NCBI GenBank assembly: GCA_963662275.1
Contig: OY759316.1
Coordinates: 800,001-864,000, forward strand
DNA from: Candidatus Cloacimonadales bacterium
GTDB lineage: Bacteria; Cloacimonadota; Cloacimonadia; Cloacimonadales; DAONDQ01
Direction of reading: 5' to 3'
Length of the DNA: 64,000 bases
The notes beneath the pieces were generated by a model that was not told the origin of the DNA, made no database searches, and saw only the letters and a program-made list of their open reading frames with translations. The translations under genes were made by a program, and so were the position numbers. Below are positions 39,801 through 49,279 of the stretch, piece by piece (position 1 is the stretch's first letter; each line of letters starts with the position of its first letter).

Positions 39801-42361
39801 GTGTTACCATTGGAGCGAAAAGTGGTGATGAGTACGTTACTCACTATGCACCCCAGGTAGCAGGCAGCTTTTTATCAGAAATTGGGGGTGTTGACTGGAG
39901 TACATCCGATTCTCATGGAGTAATGACAGATACAGATAACGATGGCATTTGGCGGTTACAGGTACTCGTTCCTGCAGGAAGTTATGAATATAAGATTGCT
40001 TTGCAAAAGAACTGGGATCAGAGTACATCAGGTATCAATTTTGCCTTTACTTCTGATGGTGCTCATGAGACGATCTTCACTTACAACATGGCGACGAATG
40101 CTACTGCATCCTCAACGACAGGAGTCTTTTCTCCTCCTACGAATCTGACTGCTCAAATCGTTGGATCAGCAATCAGGTTGAATTGGAATGCACCTCTATC
40201 AAGATCGATTACCAGTTATAAGATATATCGTAATGGTTCTTTACTGACTTCAACCGCAAGTGTACCTTACGATGATTCCGCTATTATTAATGGCAACCGT
40301 TATGCATATGCCTTAAAAACTGTATATACATCACCAACCGGTGAATCTGCACTTACGGATTCAGTAGTTGTAAGTTATTTTATTCCTGCTGAATTGACCG
40401 CTGTCCTTTTCCAACCTTCTACTTCATCTACCTATTCCAATTTTATTCAAGGCGGAGAAATAGCAAGTCATGACAATCTGAGAATTGAAGTGAAACTCAC
40501 TCCCAATGATTCATTGAACATTTCAACTCACAGCGCTCAACTACACTATACGTTGGATGAAATTATCTGGAATACTAAGTATTTTGCATACGATCATAGC
40601 TCTGGTGGTGCATCATATTGGCGACTGAGCTTGAATAATGGTGTGGATTTTGCTCCTGGTCAAACTGTTAAATTCTATGTTACTGCAACTGATTATAACG
40701 GACCTGTAATTTCTGATACCAATGGCTCTGCAAATTATACTGTGCATATCCATCAGATCGGCACTCAACAGCAGGTGGCGGTTACTTTCAGAGTAAATAT
40801 GAACTTGGTGACTCCTGCTGATTCTATCTTTATAGCTGGTGATTTTACAAACTGGGATACAAACAAAGTTTTAATGTCAGATGAAGATCATGACGGTATC
40901 TATACCGCTACTGTTATCTTTCCGCTTGATACGGTTTATGAGCATACCTATAAGTTTAAGAACGGAAGTGTATGGGAATTCGTAGGTCTTGCAGATCGAG
41001 CTCTGACTATCAACGATTCAAGTCCGACCCAGCTCCTTGACATGGCTTACTTTAATATGAATCCGACCAGTGACATGTTATCTGTTCAGTTCCTGCCTGA
41101 TTCTCAGTCTGAGTTCACAAACTTTGAAAATCATGCCTCTCTATCAGGGAATAGCTATCTGTATTTTGAAGTCAGACTAACACCTGCTGATTCTCTTGAT
41201 AATTCACATCACAGGGCACAACTGGTTTATAAAAAAGGTACAGGGATTTGGCAAACTGTTGACTTTGCATGGAATAACAACTTCGGTGGCAATTCTTACT
41301 GGCGTTATACTCTCCGTAATGGAACTGACGTTGTTGCTGGTGATACAATCACATTCTATGTCACTGGAACTGACTACAATGGACCAACCTTTACCGATAA
41401 CAATAGTGGTACATATTATCATGTGAGTTTAAGATCCACAACCCTGGTTCATCCTGTTACCGTTACATTCAGTGTGGATATGAGGTTTGTCGCACATGCA
41501 GATTCTATCTACCTGGCTGGTGATTTTACGAATTGGGGAACGAATCAGATACAGATGCTTGATCCAAATCTAGATGGTATTTATACAGCGAGTTATGAAT
41601 TCCCAATAGGCTTGGATTTTACACGTCAGTATAAATATGTGAATGGTACTGAATTCGAATTTAATTACGGCATACACCGCATTTTCCTGATCGATGATAC
41701 TGCCTATACTCAATTATTGCCTGTTGATTACTTCAACAATGTGTATCCAGTTGAACTTATAGGTGTACAATTTATGCCATTAGCATCATCCATCTACACA
41801 AATTTCAATGCAGGTGGTTCTGTCGCAAATGGAAGCAATCTGTTATTTGAAGTTCAACTAACACCTCCTGATTTACTGGCAAATTCATATTTCAATACAA
41901 AACTGCATTATAAAGTAAATAACGGAACCTGGCACATGAAGGATTTTCTGTGGAATAATAACTATGAGAACTATTCCTATTGGCGTATAGATCTGGTAAA
42001 TGGTGTAGAAATACAGAATGGTGATTTTGTAGATTTTTATGTAGATGCTACAGATTATAATGGACCGGTTTTTGTAGATAACAATAATGGTCTTAATTAT
42101 CGGGTTAATGTGGGAGATATCATATCTCTTCAAATACCCTTGAATATAGCAATTTCAAAAACAACAACGCATATTGTGCTGGATTGGGAAGAAGTTACTT
42201 TAGCAAATTCATATAAAATATACGAAGCAGATACACCAACAGGGACTTTTACATATCTCGGCTCAACTGCATTAACTAGTTATACAATCCTACTTGGAGC
42301 AACAGCACAAGTCAAATTCTATCACGTCGTAGCATCGACAGATGAACTTCCAGTGAAATAG
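36899..42361 (+). CDS. Secreted multidomain GH57-like alpha-glucan-active enzyme with multiple starch-binding-type modules
   Basis: Signal peptide; GH57-like regions FVHHGNQ, WVPERVW and YGTDWE; beta-sandwich DIDHDG..E; Ig-like, two X25-like and one Fn3 domain; then alternating DNNxGxxY modules and AGDFTNW modules. Confidence 0.75.
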   Translation: MTMKQWALVLILISILACLTAMQFTGDPKTWNMEDFVGADSIGDCTGMYGDISSFFVRNEASTINIRITFDDMCIRQKNKYVKDNYSDSKLQLNFKAMNIKSREVVTEISIPLAEKQIRSASYTLLRTPENNMLEISLPILSPARPHEMEYSIIVIDENGKVIDQLFKSGATRDGGGNVAFVHHGNQGLTYTEVFYGQYPAESSGFDEVLQVHDATGVPGNFHMSGTLMPAAQWHNPEFNTWLRTMASQGKVAMMTSALGQHIMPFVHDNMNNWSVKVESDMVRYLYNYDPKVAWVPERVWLDPSRYPNNGVIDWIGDNWQQNGVEAVVLDDWPHCNGYSNSKIHWMNNGMGINLRVIPINGDFVGRMMSDASGAKNLIWNTGMYGITVYGTDWEVASEMNEHNGSWRLDNYESVLWWCHDNYPAVNGWKLDTALSNHNFDGQGIDITPGNYGLLGGTGGYGGSNNSWYPDWAATESHSDFHSPKWNYGYVWNDAYNNLMTAPNNSLSQMGWYIMMINLHETGWHDAGVSGWIHRYSSHIKNANVYAEASRWAAGQYTTTTAAYYNDIDHDGGSELVMHNDKIFAVFEGVGGKAQWLFYKDGYGNAYSMVGSDVAYWSETDGDYNEGSANHFAALSEVSPNMQGSIYNISIQQSSGNLVQATLDQVGVKKVIKLETGKNYLDCSYNFFGSTGYIKSGWTPDMLDIIWNGKNHLQRLYGASASYAGWRNSASGASVAYVLGSAGGSHQGEFEGTMVKGDQISGNNTFAFRLFAGYTASPSGTQVTELNTLASQTTDLTGPSVSSANIVGTRKIQVVLSEVVDQTSAETISNYTLGSSLNVTSAKLYFGRKVVLTVDANITAGGTVTVQVNGVKDLFGNTTDTDHNTATATWVVIPHLVGTMNSWTTTNHTYDLVLQDNGVWQLSTSLGAGTHLYKVMESESWNGNDWPTNNQSLTLTSTTTVVFRANCGVTIGAKSGDEYVTHYAPQVAGSFLSEIGGVDWSTSDSHGVMTDTDNDGIWRLQVLVPAGSYEYKIALQKNWDQSTSGINFAFTSDGAHETIFTYNMATNATASSTTGVFSPPTNLTAQIVGSAIRLNWNAPLSRSITSYKIYRNGSLLTSTASVPYDDSAIINGNRYAYALKTVYTSPTGESALTDSVVVSYFIPAELTAVLFQPSTSSTYSNFIQGGEIASHDNLRIEVKLTPNDSLNISTHSAQLHYTLDEIIWNTKYFAYDHSSGGASYWRLSLNNGVDFAPGQTVKFYVTATDYNGPVISDTNGSANYTVHIHQIGTQQQVAVTFRVNMNLVTPADSIFIAGDFTNWDTNKVLMSDEDHDGIYTATVIFPLDTVYEHTYKFKNGSVWEFVGLADRALTINDSSPTQLLDMAYFNMNPTSDMLSVQFLPDSQSEFTNFENHASLSGNSYLYFEVRLTPADSLDNSHHRAQLVYKKGTGIWQTVDFAWNNNFGGNSYWRYTLRNGTDVVAGDTITFYVTGTDYNGPTFTDNNSGTYYHVSLRSTTLVHPVTVTFSVDMRFVAHADSIYLAGDFTNWGTNQIQMLDPNLDGIYTASYEFPIGLDFTRQYKYVNGTEFEFNYGIHRIFLIDDTAYTQLLPVDYFNNVYPVELIGVQFMPLASSIYTNFNAGGSVANGSNLLFEVQLTPPDLLANSYFNTKLHYKVNNGTWHMKDFLWNNNYENYSYWRIDLVNGVEIQNGDFVDFYVDATDYNGPVFVDNNNGLNYRVNVGDIISLQIPLNIAISKTTTHIVLDWEEVTLANSYKIYEADTPTGTFTYLGSTALTSYTILLGATAQVKFYHVVASTDELPVK

Positions 42362-42366
42362 GTATA

Positions 42367-43458
42367 ATGAAGAAGAAGAAACGCATTCACTCGAAATCAG
42401 AGAAATTCAACAGAATCTCTCAAAAAACCGGTTTACCTCCCGGCTCATTAGTACATGTAGGTAAATTTGATCAACAACCTATTAGTATCTATGAAATGAT
42501 CTATACAAATGGGGAGATACAATTTCATGAACATGATAAGCTTAAGGATTGTCTTCCTATCAAACCTGAACCAATTATCACATGGCTTGATGTGACGGGA
42601 ATCTACGACAGAAGTACAATTGACCAGATAGGACATGCCCTGGAATTGCATCCACTTACCATGGAAGACATCATGAATACACAGCAACGGGCAAAGATGG
42701 AAGAATATGAAAATTATCTCTTCTTCTCCCTGAAAGCTGCTTCTGTGATGAAAGATTCGGAAGAAATTAACTATTCGCAAGTCAGTATGGTAGTTGGTGA
42801 AAATTATGTGATCACATTTCAGGAAAAACGCGAATGTGATATACTCGCATCAATCCGAATGCGTCTTGACTTGGAAAGAGCACATTTAGACAAAATGGGA
42901 AACGATTTCCTTGTTTATACAATTATAGATACCTTGGTTGATTGCTTTTTCAACATCACAGATAACATTGAAAATGGTATCGATGAGTTCGATGAAATGG
43001 TCATCAATGAAGAGCCTCTAAGCCTCCAGGATATGTATCGATTGAAACGCTCCATTATTCAGCTAAGGAAATGTACTGTTCCTTTAAGAGACATCATGGG
43101 AAGACTGCTTCGACATGAAAATATGCTGGTGAATCCAACTACAGAAAAGTACTTTTCGGATATTTATGATCATGTGATTCGTATCAGTGAAGATCTTGAA
43201 GTTTATCGTGAGATAATGGATAGTCTCCATGAAACATATCTCAGTAACATCAGCAATCGAATGAATGGAGTAATGAAAGTTCTGACTGTTATATCCACTA
43301 TTTTTATTCCCCTGACTTTTATCGTCGGTGTCTATGGGATGAATTTTCCCAATATTCCTGAATTCAAATATCAGCACTCATATTTTGTCGTGTGGGGTAT
43401 CATGATCGCAATTGTAATCTTTATGCTTGCTGTATTTAGGAAAAATAAATGGCTGTAG
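42367..43458 (+). CDS. corA: Magnesium/cobalt transporter CorA
   Basis: GLPPG, LHPLTMEDI..QR.K.E and the YGMNF signature. Confidence 0.96.
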   Translation: MKKKKRIHSKSEKFNRISQKTGLPPGSLVHVGKFDQQPISIYEMIYTNGEIQFHEHDKLKDCLPIKPEPIITWLDVTGIYDRSTIDQIGHALELHPLTMEDIMNTQQRAKMEEYENYLFFSLKAASVMKDSEEINYSQVSMVVGENYVITFQEKRECDILASIRMRLDLERAHLDKMGNDFLVYTIIDTLVDCFFNITDNIENGIDEFDEMVINEEPLSLQDMYRLKRSIIQLRKCTVPLRDIMGRLLRHENMLVNPTTEKYFSDIYDHVIRISEDLEVYREIMDSLHETYLSNISNRMNGVMKVLTVISTIFIPLTFIVGVYGMNFPNIPEFKYQHSYFVVWGIMIAIVIFMLAVFRKNKWL

Positions 43459-43610
43459 ACAGAAAAAAAGCACGAATAAAGAATATAAAAATGGCGAGTA
43501 TCCCCTTTCTTGCTCGCCATTAAGGACAATTTCCCTATCCGAATAGATTCGTTTGTTTGAAATTCAGATTTTAAAGGAAAAGAACTTACAAAAGAAGAAA
43601 GAATAAATAC

Positions 43611-43796
43611 TTATTTTTCCTTATCCTTTTTAATAATAGCATCAAGACGAGACGCAATTCCAAAGTACATAATGAAAATAATGATGGCAATGACGATCAT
43701 TGCAATCAGATTCGCATTGATTCCACCAACACCAAGACAAATAATGGCAACACTAAACAAGATAACCAGCATAATAAGATCGACTAGAATATTCAT
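43611..43796 (-). CDS. Small two-TM membrane protein
   Basis: RBS GGAGG, two hydrophobic helices and a basic tail. Confidence 0.6.
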   Translation of the reverse strand: MNILVDLIMLVILFSVAIICLGVGGINANLIAMIVIAIIIFIMYFGIASRLDAIIKKDKEK

Positions 43797-43806
43797 TTCT
43801 TACCTC

Positions 43807-44238
43807 CTAATGTATGGATTCCCATACGATTTTATTTGCGTTCATATCACCCGGATACAACAATTGTGCTTCTCGGGGAATAATTTCAAGGAGTAGGAAA
43901 GAAGAATCTTGAGAATCTTCCCAAAAGTCATGGATGAAACCGGAAATATCTGCAACTTCTTCCCGAAGGATTGGATCAGTAATGTTATTCATAATTCCTG
44001 AAATTCGAACATAACCGCTGCTGTTATCAGTGCGGATAAGATAGATAATTTCTGTAAATGGATTTTCCTGTATTTGTTTTGCCTTGTCATCAGCAGTTCC
44101 TGTGGCAACAAAGAATCTTTGCTGATGGAATATAAGTGTCATTGGCCTGATACGCGGCTGCTGACCCTCACATGTAGCAAGTTCAACCGTTTGTCGAATC
44201 GCGAACAGGGATAGAATTTCTTTTTGCAGGTCTGTCAT
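43807..44238 (-). CDS. Pyridoxamine 5'-phosphate oxidase-like FMN-binding split-barrel protein
   Basis: LATCEG.QPRIRPM, T...DK..QI..NP and YVRISG; RBS GGAGG before ATG 44238. Confidence 0.85.
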   Translation of the reverse strand: MTDLQKEILSLFAIRQTVELATCEGQQPRIRPMTLIFHQQRFFVATGTADDKAKQIQENPFTEIIYLIRTDNSSGYVRISGIMNNITDPILREEVADISGFIHDFWEDSQDSSFLLLEIIPREAQLLYPGDMNANKIVWESIH

Positions 44239-44461
44239 TTGCAATACCTCCAAAACATAAACAAACTATTTGTAAAATGAATATGCATGTCAATATAAAA
44301 ATTCAATATTCAAAATTATTACTTGCACGAATACTGATATATATGAAAATTATGATGTGACTATTCAATCTCAAGACTAGCTATTTTTTCGAGAGATAGA
44401 GAGGACTTGTTTATAGTTTGTCATTGTTAAAGCATCATGTTTGGAAGGTAAAAAAGTAAGA

Positions 44462-45223
44462 ATGAAAGAAATACTCTCTATGAAAATTGCAGCGAACATC
44501 ACATACATCAATAAGAAGCCTGTAATTGAGTTTGGTGATCGAATTATTCCCATCGAAATACAGTATGATACTAGGAAGAATCTGCAAATCTCCATTCATC
44601 GTGAACCTAAAATTGTTATCAAATCTCCTAAAGGAATACCTGAAGCCAAAATTATACAGGCTTTATTTTCTCGTTTGAAATGGATTATCAAAAGGTTGCA
44701 GCATCGTGAGGAAATCCAGCCTTTCCCATCAAAGTTCACATATTTTGATGGAGAAAAGCATCTGTATCTCGGGCAAGAATATGAACTCCGTATTCAACAT
44801 GGTAAACGAGTGAGAGTCTGGTTCTCCAATCCCTACATAGAAATTGAAGTACCTGATCCAGGAAATACTTATCTGGTTAAGGAAGCACTTGAATACTGGT
44901 ATGGAGATGAAACCGCAGAATACGTATCCCAAAGGACTTGGTATTTCATCAAACAATTTGTACCGGAGCAATTACATCCTAAGCTAGAGTTCAAGTTCCG
45001 TAAAATGAAAAGCAGGTGGGGAAGTTGTTCTTCCAAAGGATTAATTACTTTCAACAAGGAACTTATTAGAGCACCCCGTGAAGCGATTGATTATATCATA
45101 GTTCATGAGTTATGTCATCTGAAGCATTTCGATCATAGCTCCCTGTTCTACCAGGAGTTATCCAAGATTATACCCGATTGGAAAACGTATAGGAAAATGC
45201 TGGAAAGAATAAGCTTAGGATAA
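44462..45223 (+). CDS. YgjP/DUF45 (SprT-like) zinc metalloprotein
   Basis: GE.HLYLG, MKSRWGSC and DYIIVHELCHL.H.DHS..F. Confidence 0.9.
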   Translation: MKEILSMKIAANITYINKKPVIEFGDRIIPIEIQYDTRKNLQISIHREPKIVIKSPKGIPEAKIIQALFSRLKWIIKRLQHREEIQPFPSKFTYFDGEKHLYLGQEYELRIQHGKRVRVWFSNPYIEIEVPDPGNTYLVKEALEYWYGDETAEYVSQRTWYFIKQFVPEQLHPKLEFKFRKMKSRWGSCSSKGLITFNKELIRAPREAIDYIIVHELCHLKHFDHSSLFYQELSKIIPDWKTYRKMLERISLG

Positions 45224-45290
45224 ATTGTGTTTGACTGTTTTTTTACCTTCTGTAATCATATCTTCATGTTGAATAATTAATGGAGCGTTC

Positions 45291-46709
45291 ATGAAGAAAA
45301 TAAGCATATTAGTGATTTGTTTATATACAGTATCCCTATTTAGTCAGATACCTCCCAACTTTCCCGTAATTACCTTTTCCGTGAATTCTGAACCTACTCC
45401 CGGTAAGATATACTTATCCAATTTAACGCAAGGTTTCGGTGTTGTTAATACGCCATTTTTAATGATCCTGGACAATACCGGTATTCCAGTCTTTTCACAA
45501 CAGATGACTGCCAGGATGAATTTGGATTTTAAACTGCAACCCAATGGAATGAGAACGTATTTTGATAATTTAAAAGGAAAATTCTATGCCTTGAATGAGG
45601 AATATGAAGTAGTTGATAGTTTTTCTTGTAATGGTTATCAGACAGATGAACATGAATTAGTAATACTGCCCAATGGACATAGCTTTATGCTTGGAAACAC
45701 CCGTCAAGTGATGGATTTATCAGGTGTTGTTCCGGGAGGGAATACTGCTGCTTCAGTACAGGGTATGGTAATCCAGGAACAGGATGAGAATCACTTGGTT
45801 ATATTTGAGTGGAGTACCTTTGATCATTTTGATGTTTCTGATTGTACCACTAATTCATTGCTGCTTGGCCCTGTTGTGGATTATGCGCACTGCAATTCTA
45901 TCGATGTGGATACAGAAGGTAACTTGCTGCTGTCATCCCGTCATATGGATGAGATTACTAAAATAGACCATAGCACTGGAGAAATTATCTGGCGTATGGG
46001 TGGAAGCCGTTCAAAGAACAATATGTTCACTTTTGTCAATGACTCAACATCAACTTTCACTGGATTTTCACATCAGCATTGTGCAAGATGGTTACCCAAT
46101 GGGAACATGCTTGTATTTGATAATGGAAACCTCAAGACACCACCACATTCCCGTGTTGTAGAATATGCAATTGATGAAATCAATTACATTGCTACAAAAG
46201 TATGGGAGTATTCACCGGAACCTGTCATCTACTCAAGTGCTATGGGCAGTTCTCAACGTCTTGCAAACGGGAATACTTTTATTGGCTGGGGCATAAATGC
46301 TCAGCATATCACAGCTTCAGAAGTAACCCCTGCTGGGGAAGTAGTGCAGGCTTTGTCATTTCCTACAGGAGTATCCAGTTACAGGGCATTCAAGGTTATG
46401 GATCCTGTACAAAATCACGACGGGATCACCTTACCTGCCATTGGATTGCATGCATATCCCAATCCCTTTATTAGTTCCACGCAAATCCAATATAAATCTT
46501 CAGATTCAAATCCTATTTCTATCGGAATCTATAACTGCCGCGGACAGCTTGTGAAAACAATGAGTATAACACATACTCTCGTAGGGCGCAATCTGATCCC
46601 CTGGAATGGAAAGGATATCAATTCCAGGAATGTAGCTTCAGGCGTATATCTGATAAGAATCCGGAATGGAGAAAATGAACAGACAATGAAGGTTCTGAAA
46701 CTGAAGTAA
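45291..46709 (+). CDS. Arylsulfotransferase (ASST) family protein with C-terminal sorting domain
   Basis: D.HE, DYAHCNSID, LLSSRH, FSHQH, FDNG and GSSQRL.NGNT.IGWG; YPNPF...SGVY. Confidence 0.88.
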   Translation: MKKISILVICLYTVSLFSQIPPNFPVITFSVNSEPTPGKIYLSNLTQGFGVVNTPFLMILDNTGIPVFSQQMTARMNLDFKLQPNGMRTYFDNLKGKFYALNEEYEVVDSFSCNGYQTDEHELVILPNGHSFMLGNTRQVMDLSGVVPGGNTAASVQGMVIQEQDENHLVIFEWSTFDHFDVSDCTTNSLLLGPVVDYAHCNSIDVDTEGNLLLSSRHMDEITKIDHSTGEIIWRMGGSRSKNNMFTFVNDSTSTFTGFSHQHCARWLPNGNMLVFDNGNLKTPPHSRVVEYAIDEINYIATKVWEYSPEPVIYSSAMGSSQRLANGNTFIGWGINAQHITASEVTPAGEVVQALSFPTGVSSYRAFKVMDPVQNHDGITLPAIGLHAYPNPFISSTQIQYKSSDSNPISIGIYNCRGQLVKTMSITHTLVGRNLIPWNGKDINSRNVASGVYLIRIRNGENEQTMKVLKLK

Positions 46710-46767
46710 TTGGATTTTGTTATCGGATCAATTAGACATTATGACATGTTAGTTCAGAATATATTAA

Positions 46768-46793
46768 AGAGGTTGGATTACAAACCCAACCTC
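46768..46793. terminator. Hairpin between convergent genes, probably a terminator
   Basis: GAGGTTGG-ATTACAAAC-CCAACCTC. Confidence 0.55.
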
Positions 46794-46825
46794 ATAAAAC
46801 TAACAAAGTTATTTTAAAGAAGTGT

Positions 46826-47689
46826 TTAGTTCTTAACCAGGTCAACCCTGCGATTTTGGGCTCGACCTTCTTCAGTCTTATTATCAGCAACAGGTTTTGA
46901 ACTTCCAAAACCTTGTGCGGTAAGCCTAGTTGCTTCAATACCATTTTTAATGAGTTCATTCTTAACAGACAATGCTCTATCTCCTGAGAGCTTGGCGTTC
47001 ATTTTTACATCCCCTGTGTTATCGGTATGTCCTTGGATAGAGAGTTTAAGAGTAGGGTTGGCTTTCATCATTTGGACAATCTGATCGACAGTGGTAAGAA
47101 AGTCTGATGGAATTTCCACTTTATTGATAGCAAAATTGATATGCAAGGAGACGTATCCATCGGCAACGATTTTATTATAAAGTTCAACACCTGTCATATC
47201 CTGTTTCATAGCTTCCTCTTCAATGATGGATATCCAATAGCGGTCTCCGGCATCCCAGGTTAGAGCTTCGATCCAAAGATTCTTTCCATCTTTCGTTGAG
47301 GCAGTTGCAGTGATAGTATTATAATTGCCACGATTGAATTCGGGGTCATCAATGTTATTCGGGAATGGACCCTGGAATATTATCTTAGCTTTCATAGCCG
47401 TCAGGGCGTTAGTAATATTTCTCCTAAGCTGCAGACCTGAAGTCTTGCCATTACCTTCAGGAAGAGTATATTCGCAATGCCAAAAACGTCCTTCCTTGGT
47501 AACCAGCTTTGTTCCGTCCCAGAATCCGCAAGAATCAAAGTCCCGGTTCCTATCAAAGGAATACACGATAAAGTTGGGCATTTTCTGAAGCCATGGGTTT
47601 TCACCCATCTGTGGAGTATCACTTGTTTCATCTTGGGCGAAGAGAGAAAATGTCAATAGAAGTAACAAACTAAAAAGTATATAGCGCAT
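46826..47689 (-). CDS. OmpA-family peptidoglycan-binding exported protein
   Basis: Signal peptide; INF, IQGHTDNTG...N.KLS..RA and GRAQNRRV. Confidence 0.92.
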   Translation of the reverse strand: MRYILFSLLLLLTFSLFAQDETSDTPQMGENPWLQKMPNFIVYSFDRNRDFDSCGFWDGTKLVTKEGRFWHCEYTLPEGNGKTSGLQLRRNITNALTAMKAKIIFQGPFPNNIDDPEFNRGNYNTITATASTKDGKNLWIEALTWDAGDRYWISIIEEEAMKQDMTGVELYNKIVADGYVSLHINFAINKVEIPSDFLTTVDQIVQMMKANPTLKLSIQGHTDNTGDVKMNAKLSGDRALSVKNELIKNGIEATRLTAQGFGSSKPVADNKTEEGRAQNRRVDLVKN

Positions 47690-48374
47690 ACAGATTCCTC
47701 CTATGTATAATTATTCAAAAAAACTTAGGAAACATATTGATGTCAAGATAATTGCTTGTGGATGTTATTAACTCGATATGATTGTGTACGCAGTAATCGG
47801 ATAGGAGCACAACGAAGTCATGCTAGTCTCAAGGAAGATGAAGAAATTTGAAAAGAAACAAGAAATAAAGAAAACCTGACGAAAATCTACAAAAGTCTAG
47901 ATGATCCCTAGATGATCCCTAGATGATCCCTAGATGAAACCCAACTCAAAACGAAAGTGCGAAGTGCGAAGTTCGAAGTGCGAAGTACGAAATTGTAGTG
48001 TTGTGGAGTAAGATGCCGATCTTACTGTCTTCATTCCTCCCATTTTTAACGGGTGGCACGAAGTGACGGGAGAGCTAGTTCTGTTCTCTTCATCCCCCAT
48101 TGGGAAGGGGGGTAGGGGGGTCTCTTTTCTGGAACTGGCACCTGGCACCTGGCACCTATAACGACGAAGGAGTTATGTCTTGAAACCTTTATTAGTTCCG
48201 TACGAATTGGATGTAGATAACTTGAAACAACAAAGAATCGCAAGTTGCTTTTTAAATTGTCTTATTACGATAAAATACAGGACATAGGTACTTTTTATTT
48301 GACAATATAACATACATCATAAAGCTATTAAAATTCGTTGTTAGGTAGGCATAATCCAGCAAAAAGGAGAGCTG

Positions 48375-48944
48375 ATGTATTGGAAGAAATCACTCATCTA
48401 TTTATTCATACTAGGTATCATGGCTATGCTCATGATTGCAGCACAGGCAGATATCTCTGCAGAACAGAAACTTGTAAAAGTGGGAAAGAACGTGACAATT
48501 CATGGAATTCTTAAGATTCATGAAGGTGTTTATACCTTATTTAGTGATACTGTGAATGTCAATCTCATCCTGGCTCCTGAAGAATATTTGGAGAAACATG
48601 GTGCAGTATTGGCTGATAGAGACACACTAACAGTAACAGGATTTTATTCTGATCTCCAGATGCTTGTTACCACTATCAGGGAAGGTTCAAAAACAACAAT
48701 CATCCGTTGTGATCTTGGCACTCCCTATGTCATAACAAATGATCAGAAAACGTATGCCTCCATTCCTGCAACCTGCATAGGGACAACACTCTGTTCTCAG
48801 AATTGTCCAACCAAGGCGATTACAATGGTGAAAAGCAAAGCTATTACTGATCCCAGTAAATGTATCTCATGTGGGATATGTGAAAGTGGTAATGGCAAGA
48901 ATTTCAAAGGCTGTCCAACAAAATCTGTCCATCAGCTTAAGTAG
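48375..48944 (+). CDS. Exported protein with a MamS/MamX-like OB-fold domain fused to a ferredoxin-type domain
   Basis: Signal peptide; LILAPEEYLEKHG..L...DTLTVTG...IRCDLGTPY; CIGTTLCSQNCP and CISCGIC-x9-CP. The OB-fold assignment is from recalled motif similarity. Confidence 0.7.
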   Translation: MYWKKSLIYLFILGIMAMLMIAAQADISAEQKLVKVGKNVTIHGILKIHEGVYTLFSDTVNVNLILAPEEYLEKHGAVLADRDTLTVTGFYSDLQMLVTTIREGSKTTIIRCDLGTPYVITNDQKTYASIPATCIGTTLCSQNCPTKAITMVKSKAITDPSKCISCGICESGNGKNFKGCPTKSVHQLK

Positions 48945-49027
48945 ATAATTCTTAATTATGTAGACATAATAGATCCAGGACTGTTTTGATGGTCCCTGGC
49001 AATAGTAACGAATATAACTAAAGTGAG

Positions 49028-49279
49028 ATGAATATGAAGAAGAGCTTTCAAATTTTACTACTCCTGATTTTCATATCTTCACTGGTTTTTGCAGCAGTGA
49101 GGTTAAAACCGATCACTGACCCCTATCTTTGTGTCGGCTGCGGTGACTGTGTGAAAATCTGTCCTGTGGATGCCATTCGTATGGTTGACGGAAAATCACT
49201 CATTGACCAGGAAAAATGCATCGACTGTAAATTTTGCATCAAGGGCTGTACGTACAATGCCATAAGGGAGAAGAAATGA
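49028..49279 (+). CDS. Signal-peptide-bearing 2x[4Fe-4S] ferredoxin-like protein
   Basis: MNMKKSFQILLLLIFISSLVFA followed by CVGCGDCVKICP and CIDCKFCIKGC. Confidence 0.88.
   Translation: MNMKKSFQILLLLIFISSLVFAAVRLKPITDPYLCVGCGDCVKICPVDAIRMVDGKSLIDQEKCIDCKFCIKGCTYNAIREKK

Noticed and set aside
48375..48944. Magnetosome gene cluster
   Set aside because: Only one MamS/MamX-like domain is present, with no other mam genes or magnetochrome motifs.
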